Below are positions 46,230 to 54,524 of a stretch of DNA of 64,000 nt, one piece after another. Source of the stretch: an uncultured Bifidobacteriaceae bacterium (GTDB lineage Bacteria > Acidobacteriota > Vicinamibacteria > Vicinamibacterales > UBA2999). The notes beneath the pieces are model-generated. The model was not told the DNA's origin, ran no database searches, and saw nothing but the letters and a program-made list of their open reading frames with translations. Made by a program: the position numbers and the translations under genes. The first letter of the stretch is position 1. Each line of letters starts with the position of its first letter. The DNA is taken from positions 31,447 to 95,446 of the forward strand of contig CAZHTD010000004.1 in assembly GCA_964535675.1 (NCBI GenBank). The letters are read 5' to 3'.

Positions 46230-46690
46230 ACGGGCATCGGGCGTATCTGCCAGCAGCCGTGGGCCAACTGACCTGGCCTCGACGCGCTCGTGGTCAATGC
46301 AGGGCCGGCACCAGTACCGCTGGCCGCGGGGGATCAAGCGGGTGATGTCCTCGACAGCCTCGTACAGCCGCGCCGCCATTGCCCGGGTCGCCGCGCAGTT
46401 GTTTGGTCGCCTCTTGCAGCGGCAGGGCTGCGTCCCCGCCCGACTCGTCACCGACACGCTGCGGAGCTACGTCGCCACCTACCGCCGCAGCATGCCCCCG
46501 GTCCGGCCCGGCACCACCCACGACGCGAACAACTGCGCCGAGACGTCCCACCCAGTGATGCGTCCGGGAACGGCGCATGCGTCGCTTCACATCACCGGGG
46601 CACGTGTAGAGCGGTGTTAGCCGTGCAGGGTGTGGGGCTCACGCTCTACAAGGAGGCAGCGCCTCCGCAGCTGTGCCACGTGACAGTGCC
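46230..46690 (+). mobile_element. 5'-truncated, multiply frameshifted IS6-family transposase remnant with a right terminal inverted repeat
   Basis: The pieces LDALVVN.., AAGDQAGDVLDSLVQPRRH, FGRLLQRQGCVPARLVTDTLRSYVATYRRSMPPV...ANNCAETSHP and RERRMRRFTSPGHV are spread over three frames. They match the conserved C-terminal half of IS6 transposases. The element ends in ..ACAGTGCC (46683-46690), which is the complement of the GGCACTGT terminus seen in the IS26 inverted repeat. Confidence 0.6.
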
Positions 46691-46778
46691 CGACTCGTAA
46701 CCAGGCACCCATGCCGTAGGGGCCCGCGGGCTCCTGCGGAATGGTGAGGCCGATCGGACACGTTTGTATACTCGCCGG

Positions 46779-47006
46779 ATGCAGCACCGCGGATCGGGCG
46801 GATCGCACTACGGGGAGTTCGAGGCAACGGCGCTCTTCTGCGAGCACTGTCGTCAGGCACAACCGGTACGGCCACACCTGCTTCTCGTACTCCCCACGGG
46901 CAAGAAGTACGACTACCGCTGTACCGTGTGCGGCCACATGGTGGGCTCGAAGACGGACGACGATACCGGCGCCTTCACGATGCCTCGCCCGTCGCTGAAA
47001 CAGTAA
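46779..47006 (+). CDS. small zinc-ribbon protein (75 aa), hypothetical
   Basis: Two CxxC pairs (FCEHCRQ ... RCTVCGH). Third codon positions are predominantly G/C when read by eye. ATG 46779 lies 7 nt after a TATACT box. Confidence 0.45.
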   Translation: MQHRGSGGSHYGEFEATALFCEHCRQAQPVRPHLLLVLPTGKKYDYRCTVCGHMVGSKTDDDTGAFTMPRPSLKQ

Positions 47007-47249
47007 CTCGCCGGGGATCGACACGGCGACCCCCGCGTCCTACCATGCGCCCACCAAGACAGGAAGGAGCCGCCTGATGCGTGGAGCCGACCAACCGCCC
47101 GGAGCGATGTGCAACGATGGCTCACTGGAGACCCGCGTCCCTGCCGACCGCCCGCTACAGCGGATGTGGCGGATCATCGACCGGGCGATCGAGCGTCTCA
47201 GTTCGGGGGCGCACCGTGGGGACCAGAGGTGGTGAATGACAACAGCGGG

Positions 47250-48139
47250 ATGTGTTTACGAGCCGTAGCATTCACCCTCGGATGCATTCTCATTGGTGCC
47301 CACGTCCCGGCATGGGCCCAAGAGCCGGTCGGGGAGCCGCCCCGTTCCGGCTGGTACGTCGGCGGGAGCCTTGGAGCGCGTTGGGCGGCCCCCTCGACCA
47401 GGAAGGCTGGAATCGGGAAGGCACCTGCTATCCAACCGACGCCTGTTTCGATGTTGAGCGCACGCCTCCGATCCCCGGGTACCGTTGGCGCTACACGGTC
47501 GACTCCGCAGTCGGACGTAGGTACGAAATCGCTCTCGGCTACCTCGTTGATCGCGTCCGTTTCGAGTTCTCGCTAGCACACCACCAACACGGTCTCGTCC
47601 AGCGGTTCCGTGACATCACCTATGACGACGGGACGCGCATTGCCCCGCGGCCAAATGGGACCGTCGTCTCCAACGCCCAGGCCTCGATCGACCAGTTGCG
47701 GGTCCGCACGCTGGCGTTCCAGGTGTACTACGATGTACCGATGGCGTTTCGTGCGATGGTGCCGTACGTGGGCCTCGGGATGGGACCAGCATTTGCCACC
47801 ATCTCGGGAGTACGGTTTTCCACCCGGTACGAAGAGACGGCGGCCGACGCGCCAGCCTACGATCCGCCGCTTTCGTTCTACGACAGCCGGCAGGAAGAAG
47901 ATCTCTCCGACACGGTCTTGGCCGCACGTCTGCATACCGGGATCGATTACGGGCTCGACGACCGGACACGGCTGGGTGTGCGGCTGAGCTATGCGATGCT
48001 GGGTCCCGTGGAAGCCTCCGGCGTCTACACGTCGCATCCGTGGCACGCTGAGGACCCTCGGTTGCGTAACCACAACCGGTTTACCGACGCGCGCGCCTGG
48101 ACATTGATGCTGACCTTCCAACGCCGGTTCGGCTACTGA
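47250..48139 (+). pseudogene. outer-membrane beta-barrel gene interrupted by an apparent -1 frameshift (or an assembly indel)
   Basis: The signal peptide plus first strand, MCLRAVAFTLGCILIGAHVPAWAQE...SGWYVGGSLGA, is in frame 0 (ATG 47250). The rest of the barrel, ...LDQEGWNREGTCYPTDAC...TLMLTFQRRFGY, is in frame 2. The switch falls at the C5 run 47389-47393. Confidence 0.55.
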
Positions 48140-48269
48140 TAGAGTGCACCGCGTCGGCTGCACCCGTGTCGCAGCGTCAGCGCCCCCTCGACGGCCGCCG
48201 CTGCGCGGCGGCCGTCGAGGGGTCCGCAATGTCTCCCGGGACAAACCGTGAACACATCAGGAACAACGC

Positions 48270-50192
48270 ATGGCACGCATTGATGCCCTGAGCCACCCGC
48301 AGCGGCTCCTCGACCACCTGAACCACGAATTTGAGCGGCTCCACACAGCCAAGGAGGATGCGTTCTGGGCGGCGCACATGGGACTGGGCGCGGACGCGGA
48401 CGCGGCGCAGGCGACGCTGAACGAGCGCGAGCGTGCGCTCGCCAGCTTCATGCACGACCCGGCGCGACTGCGTGTGGTCGTCGAGGCGGGCGCAGCCATC
48501 GAACGGGGCGGGATCCCAGCAACACCCGAGCAACGGCTGGCACTCGACGGGTGGCGGCGCACGTTCGAAGCGCAGGTCATCGACAACGCGGAGGCCCGCA
48601 GCCTACACGGCACGCTGGTCGAAGATGAGGGCCGTCTCTCAAGAGTCCGCCGCGACATGCCACTTGGCTATGTCGACGCGACCAAGGGACCGGTGCCGGC
48701 CAGTTCGGTCGAGCTGTCGATCATGCTCACCACCGATCCCGACGAGGGACGGCGACGGGCAGCGTGGGAAGGGCTGCGGACGATCGAGCCGTTCGTCCTG
48801 TCCCACGGCTTCCTCGACCTAGTGCGCAAGCGAAACCGTTTGGGCCGTCTGCTGGGAGGCGTCGACTTCTACGACGCCACGGTGCAGCGCACCGAAGGCC
48901 TGACCAAGGCTGAAATCTTCGCCTGGCTCGACGAACTGGAGGTCAAGACCCGCGCCCGCACCCGCGCCTCATTGCGTGAGCTGGCCGCCGAGAAAGGGAC
49001 CGCTGCCCTGCGACCGTGGAACCTGCGATTCGCGGTGTCAGGAGACGTCACGGCCGACAAGGACCCCTATTTCCCCTTTGGCGCCTCGATTGCCCGATGG
49101 GGCCGTTCCTTTGGCGCCCTTGGCATCGGCTATCGCGGCGCGCACTTGGTCCTCGACCTCGTCGACAGAAAGGGGAAGTACGAGAACGGGTTCATGCACG
49201 GGCCGGTGCCGGCGTGGCGGGAGCGGGGCACGTGGCGTCCGGCCCGGATCCAGTTCACGGCCAACGCTATCCCCGGCATGGTGGGCTCGGGGCAACGCGC
49301 CACCGAGACCCTCTTTCACGAAGGGGGGCACGCCGCCCACTTCGCGAACATCGACATGCCGGCGCCGTGCTTTGCGCAGGAGTTCGCGCCTTCGTCGGTG
49401 GCCATGGCTGAAACGCAAAGTATGTTTCTCGACAGCCTGCTGTCCGACGCCGACTGGCAGACGCGCTACGCGCGCACGATCGACGGCCAAGCGATGCCGT
49501 TCGCGCTAATCGAGAAGGCCATCCGCCAGGGGCAGCCGCACGCCGCGTTCGCCGTGCGGTCGATGTTGGCGGTCTGCTACGCGGAGAAGGCGATCTACGA
49601 GATCCCCGACGACGCGCTGACCGCCGAACGCGTCCTGCACGAAGTGCGCGACATTGAGCGCCGCCTGTTGTTCCTCGACGAGGGGAGCCCACGGCCAGTG
49701 CTCTCGGTGCCGCACCTCCTGTCGAATGACAGTAGTGCCTACTACCATGGCTACGTCCTAGCTGAAATGGCAGTAGCGCAGACACGGGCGTTTTTTGCCC
49801 ACCGGGACGGCCACCTGACCGACAACAGGCGGATTGGGGCAGACCTGCGTGACGCGTACTGGCGCGAAGGGAACCTCCGCCGGTTCGGCGCGTTCGTCGA
49901 GCGACTGACACGCCGCCCGTTATCCGCGCACGACTTGGCCCAGCGCGTCAACCGAGAGCCGGATGAGGCGGTCGACGACGCACGCGCACGTATCGCCACC
50001 CTGGCCGACGTGCCCCCGTGCACTGACACGGTGGCGCTTGACGCGACGATTCGGGTCGTCGATGGCCATGACGTCGTCGCGTCATTCGCCGAAGGGGATT
50101 CGTTCGACGAAATGGCCGACACGTTTCGCACATGGGTGGAGCGTCGCACGGCCGCACGCCTGGAACCATCGAGCCGCTCGGTGCCCGGATGA
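48270..50192 (+). CDS. M3-family metallopeptidase (oligoendopeptidase-like)
   Basis: 640 aa. Zinc motif HEGGHAAH with a downstream Glu. AGGAA upstream of the ATG. Confidence 0.88.
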   Translation: MARIDALSHPQRLLDHLNHEFERLHTAKEDAFWAAHMGLGADADAAQATLNERERALASFMHDPARLRVVVEAGAAIERGGIPATPEQRLALDGWRRTFEAQVIDNAEARSLHGTLVEDEGRLSRVRRDMPLGYVDATKGPVPASSVELSIMLTTDPDEGRRRAAWEGLRTIEPFVLSHGFLDLVRKRNRLGRLLGGVDFYDATVQRTEGLTKAEIFAWLDELEVKTRARTRASLRELAAEKGTAALRPWNLRFAVSGDVTADKDPYFPFGASIARWGRSFGALGIGYRGAHLVLDLVDRKGKYENGFMHGPVPAWRERGTWRPARIQFTANAIPGMVGSGQRATETLFHEGGHAAHFANIDMPAPCFAQEFAPSSVAMAETQSMFLDSLLSDADWQTRYARTIDGQAMPFALIEKAIRQGQPHAAFAVRSMLAVCYAEKAIYEIPDDALTAERVLHEVRDIERRLLFLDEGSPRPVLSVPHLLSNDSSAYYHGYVLAEMAVAQTRAFFAHRDGHLTDNRRIGADLRDAYWREGNLRRFGAFVERLTRRPLSAHDLAQRVNREPDEAVDDARARIATLADVPPCTDTVALDATIRVVDGHDVVASFAEGDSFDEMADTFRTWVERRTAARLEPSSRSVPG

Positions 50193-50810
50193 TCCGACCA
50201 CCCCGCCTTGAAGCCGGTTGTGGTACGACGTCCTGACCGGGATCGACAGGAGCGATCCGGCTCCTACACCGGGGCCGATGACGGCGAGGGTATCTGCGGG
50301 GTCACACCAACATTCCCAAGCGTCTCCTGCTGCACACCTGCGGTCTCCATCTAGGCCTGCGCATGCGTCGGCTGACAGGTCGGGACGCCGCGACGCCGCC
50401 AGGCCAAGCCTGGGCACACGCTCTGTAAAGCGTGGTGGCGTGTCCTCGTCATGCTGACCACCCGCGCTCGGGCCCGATCATGCGATCAGTGCTGGACCGT
50501 TCAGGGGGGCAGCTCAACGCGACGCGGCTGGCCGCGTGTGGCGCCTGCGCTGCGTTGGCTGCACACGGCCTGGCAAGTCCCGCAGGCGATTACCTCTCGG
50601 CGATCGCGGCGCGATTAGGCAGCAATCGTAAGGCGAGCGTTGCAGCCGTGGTGTCCACGAGGGAACGCCTGTCCCGGAAGATCCCGCGGTGAAGTTGCCG
50701 GGTAGACGATCAAGAATGCCTGGATCATGCAATGCCCATCTTGTCCCTGAGCGTAGACTGCCATCGATCGGCTCACGTTGACACTACCCTTCGCAGGCCA
50801 CCTGAGTCAC

Positions 50811-51479
50811 ATGCCCCAACCCAGATTCGTTCCGCTTCCCGGCTATCAAGAGTACCCCGTCGACGCCATGAAGCGCCGTGCCACGGAGTTCTGCAACGAC
50901 CTTCGGCGGCGGCGCACCGTTCGTGCGTTCGCTACTCGGCCGGTGCCTCGCGAGGTCATCGAGGACTGTCTCCGCGCGGCAGGCACGGCCCCTAGCGGGG
51001 CAAACACTCAGCCCTGGCACTTCGTCGTTGTGTCCGACCCGTCGATCAAGCGGACCATTCGCCTTGAAGCAGAAAAAGAGGAGGGCCAGTTCTATCACCA
51101 GAGGGCGCCACAGGAATGGCTCGACGCTCTGGCCCCGCTCGGCACGAACCAGCGCAAGCCTTTCCTCGAGGACGCCCCGTATCTCATTGCTATCTTTGTG
51201 GAAAGCTATGGCGTACAACCCGATGCCCGAAAGGTGAAACACTACTACGCACTGGAATCGGTGGGCATTGCGACCGGCATCTTGATCACGGCCATCCATC
51301 ATGCCGGGCTGGCCTCACTCACCCACACCCCGAGCCCGATGGGGTTTCTCCGCGAGATCCTGGGCCGGCCGCCGAACGAGCGCCCGTTTCTTCTGCTCGT
51401 CGTTGGCTACCCAGCAAAGTCGACGACCGTTCCGGCAATTGCGAAGAAGTCGCTTGCAGAAATCGCAACGTTCGTGTGA
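50811..51479 (+). CDS. iodotyrosine deiodinase (halotyrosine dehalogenase) homologue, nitroreductase superfamily
   Basis: Near-colinear with animal IYD as I recall it: [34 protein letters not shown] (Glu/Tyr of the substrate lid), [18 protein letters not shown] (Lys), [33 protein letters not shown]. Confidence 0.85.
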   Translation: MPQPRFVPLPGYQEYPVDAMKRRATEFCNDLRRRRTVRAFATRPVPREVIEDCLRAAGTAPSGANTQPWHFVVVSDPSIKRTIRLEAEKEEGQFYHQRAPQEWLDALAPLGTNQRKPFLEDAPYLIAIFVESYGVQPDARKVKHYYALESVGIATGILITAIHHAGLASLTHTPSPMGFLREILGRPPNERPFLLLVVGYPAKSTTVPAIAKKSLAEIATFV

Positions 51480-51522
51480 TTGGCTCGGTCGTCTGACCTC
51501 GCTTCGGCTTCCGTGAGGACGG

Positions 51523-52821
51523 TCATCCGCCGAGGAACCGCATATACAGGAATCCCAGCGTGGCAAGCGCAAGGAGCGCCACAGCAACAACGTTCCAGCG
51601 GACCAACGCTGGGCTGGGACGACAGTCGGCCGGGACGTTCGAGCCCTGGATCACCATCTGATTCGCCAGCGCCACTATGGGAGCGATGACAAAGCCCGTG
51701 ATTGTTACGAGATCGACGAATCCGGCGAACCCGTCGAAGAACACGAGCAACAGCAGGCTCGACCCGAGTACGACCAGCACAATCGGATACAGGCGAAGGC
51801 CCACGGGGTCGGCGCCAGCCGCTCGCCCCCCGACCCGCCGGCGCCTGCCAGCATGCAGCTCCGCACCAAACTCGCCCAGCAGACGAGGAAAGCCATCGAC
51901 GATCGCTAGGAGCGTGGAGTACATCACGGCAAGCGCTGCGATGGACACAATCAGCGTCGCCCAGCTGCCGATCGATGCGGCGTAGAGGCCCACGAAGCTG
52001 GCGACGAATGCAGCGGAGCCGCCTGGCATCGACTCGCCTTGGCCGTACAGCACCGCCGCACCCATTGCCAGAAAACACACCGCCAGCACGGCGCTACTGA
52101 TGTAGCCCACATTGAAGTCGAACCGCGCGACCGTTGCTCGCTGGATAGGCGACGCGGCGTGCGCATCTGGTGTCTGCGCCTGCTTCGCCAGGATCCAGGC
52201 CGCCAGCATAATGGCTGCAATGTTGCCGATTGGCATCCAGCCCGACATCGCGATGGCGAACGACGTGTTCTCTGCAGTCAGATCGAAGGCTCCGAACGCA
52301 GGGGTTGATCCCTCCGTCAAGGCCGACACGCTGGCCACGGTCGCGATGACTGTGAGCAGACTGAGGGCTACCACCAGTACCAGGGTCAGGTGCTCGAGCA
52401 ACCGGTAGCGGCCGAGGCCCACGATCGCGGCGGTCACGACGAGCAGCGCGACGGCGGCCCCGGCGTCGGGTAGCGTGGTACCGATGATCCACTGGGCGAT
52501 TGCCGCAGTCACCAAACTGACGCCAGCCGTTGCAGCAATCGCTTCAATCGCCGCCGCGACAAATGTCAGCCACACGAGCCAAGTGCCTCGCCGGCCATAC
52601 CCGCGAACCAGGCTTTCTCCCGTGGCTGACGCGTAGTCGGCTGCGAAGCGAAACAGCGGGTACTTGAGGAGACACACGATGATGATGAGTCCGGCCAGGG
52701 TCAGGCCGAAGCTGGCCCCCCCGCGCGTGGCCTGCACTACATGCGACGTTCCAACAGCCGCCGCGGCGAACAAGAGCCCCGGACCCAGTCGCGCCCGGAG
52801 GTTGTGGAATGCGTCTCGCAA
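51523..52821 (-). CDS. Nramp-related transporter lacking the canonical DPGN metal site
   Basis: 432 aa, about 11 TM segments. N-terminus LGPGLLFAAAAVGTSHVVQATRGGASFG aligns with the Nramp TM1 region but reads VGTSH where DPGN is expected. The TM6-like segment reads SGWMPIGN. Confidence 0.75.
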   Translation of the reverse strand: MRDAFHNLRARLGPGLLFAAAAVGTSHVVQATRGGASFGLTLAGLIIIVCLLKYPLFRFAADYASATGESLVRGYGRRGTWLVWLTFVAAAIEAIAATAGVSLVTAAIAQWIIGTTLPDAGAAVALLVVTAAIVGLGRYRLLEHLTLVLVVALSLLTVIATVASVSALTEGSTPAFGAFDLTAENTSFAIAMSGWMPIGNIAAIMLAAWILAKQAQTPDAHAASPIQRATVARFDFNVGYISSAVLAVCFLAMGAAVLYGQGESMPGGSAAFVASFVGLYAASIGSWATLIVSIAALAVMYSTLLAIVDGFPRLLGEFGAELHAGRRRRVGGRAAGADPVGLRLYPIVLVVLGSSLLLLVFFDGFAGFVDLVTITGFVIAPIVALANQMVIQGSNVPADCRPSPALVRWNVVAVALLALATLGFLYMRFLGG

Positions 52822-53041
52822 CTTGCCAGGATTCTACTTCGATGGCTTCGGCCAAGTACCCCGGACGGATTCCTCACACCGGGCCTGTTGCCCGATCCGA
52901 GCGGTCTTCCATACAACGGGCGCAATACGGTATGTTGCCGCTTGAGCCTCCATGATGGTGCGCGGCTCGCGGCGAAGGCGGGTGAGCCGGGGAACTGGAC
53001 GGTTCAGGAGACGAGACTGGTTGCGCACAGGGCGAGTGACC

Positions 53042-53929
53042 ATGCGAAACAACATCGCGACGCTCCTCGGCTTGCTGGCTCTCACCGCCTGCAGCTCCGG
53101 CTCGGGGGATCTCGAGACCGTCGAGTCCGGGGCGACCGACGCCGCGGCGAATACGGGAGCGGTCGGGCCGGAGACGGCATCGACATTTGCCGGGAACGCC
53201 TCGGCGGTCATCGACATCTGGGAGGATGGCGGGACCACCTTTGGGATCTTCGTGCCGACCGACGACGGAGTGTACACGGCCGAAGCGGCAGCGGAACTCG
53301 GCCGGAACGAGCTGCTCGACTACCTCTTTCTCAACCTCGAGGACACCTACGATGTGGCAGCGGTGGACGCCCTCGTAGCAGGACTCTCAGCCGTCGATCG
53401 CACGGACCGGCCGACGCTGCTGGTCCGGCTCCCCACGATCGACCGGGACGGTGAGGCGGTCACGAGGCAACGGGTGCAAGAGGTGCTCACGCGCGGCGCT
53501 GACGGCGTGATCTTCCCGCACATTCGGTCCCCGGAAATGGCGGCTTCGACAGTAGGCTTTTTCGAGGACCTCGGCGCTGATGTCTGGAGCCCCGACAACC
53601 CGGACGGGACGATCGTGTCGATGCTGATGCTCGAGGATGGCGAGGCGGTCGCGGCCGCCGAGGCGATTGCGGACGTTGGCGGCTACAGCCTGCTATCGTG
53701 CGGCATCGGGAGCCTCGGGGGGGATTTAGGCAGCCCGGAGGCAGCCGACGAGGGGTGCCTGGTAGTGCAGGGCCAGGCGGAACGCGTGGGCATGCCGAGC
53801 ATGCAGCTGGCGTTCACCATGGAAGTCCTCGAGCAGCGGATCGATCAGGGCTATACGGCGATGCTGATGCAGCTGAACGATGAGACGGCCGACATCATCC
53901 GCGCCGGCCAGGCGGCGACGGGACGGTAG
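53042..53929 (+). CDS. lipoprotein with an HpcH/HpaI aldolase / citrate-lyase-beta-like fold
   Basis: Start at MRNNIATLLGLLALTAC/SSG (lipobox). LLVRLP (Arg), GADGVIFPHIRSPEMA, MLMLEDGEAV (Glu) and GIGSLGGDLG (Asp) parallel HpaI catalytic and metal residues. Confidence 0.55.
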   Translation: MRNNIATLLGLLALTACSSGSGDLETVESGATDAAANTGAVGPETASTFAGNASAVIDIWEDGGTTFGIFVPTDDGVYTAEAAAELGRNELLDYLFLNLEDTYDVAAVDALVAGLSAVDRTDRPTLLVRLPTIDRDGEAVTRQRVQEVLTRGADGVIFPHIRSPEMAASTVGFFEDLGADVWSPDNPDGTIVSMLMLEDGEAVAAAEAIADVGGYSLLSCGIGSLGGDLGSPEAADEGCLVVQGQAERVGMPSMQLAFTMEVLEQRIDQGYTAMLMQLNDETADIIRAGQAATGR

Positions 53930-53993
53930 GGCGACACTCGCTAGGCGGTGCCCAGACCCGTGTTGCAACGGGTACGGTTGGCCGCCGCCAGAC

Positions 53994-54336
53994 ATGGTTC
54001 AGCACGATCTGCTGGGTGGCTCTGACCGCGATCCGGGACGCGCGGGTCGGCGGTCGTTCGTTCTTGCGGGCTCGTCGGTGTGGCTGGCGCTGCTCGTTGC
54101 CGCGAGCATCGCACCCCAGGCCGCACAGCACCCGCCACAGACTCTGGGCGTTCGGTCATCCCGGTCCAGGGCAACCGCTTCATGATCCATGGCGCGGCGA
54201 GCAACGTTGCGGCCCAGGTGGGACCGCAGTTCCAGCCGACAATAGCGAAGTCCCTGCAGCGGTGACCCAAGCGCTCTGGATGATGACCATCGAGGACCCG
54301 AACGATCTGCTGCTGGAGCTGGCAACCGGATTCTGA
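53994..54336 (+). pseudogene. small Tat-signal ORF split over three frames (pseudogene or assembly indels)
   Basis: Frame 0: MVQHDLLGG..GRRSFVLAGSSVWLALLVAASIAPQAAQ. Frame 2: SVIPVQGNRFMIHGAASNVAAQVGPQFQPTIAKSLQR. Frame 1: QALWMMTIEDPNDLLLELATGF*. That is two successive -1 shifts. Confidence 0.3.
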
Positions 54337-54524
54337 CCGCACCGGGCTGCTGCACGTGCGGTCAAACTGGAACTGAGGGCCTGCCGAACGGCAGGAGGGC
54401 CATGAGCGCAACCGGTCATGGGTCCCTGTGGCGCCATTGCATTGCGACGGATAGCAGGTAGACACTACCTCCTCGCCCGACCGCAGAGCCCGCCCGAACG
54501 GCCCGTCACAGACGAGGCAGCACA

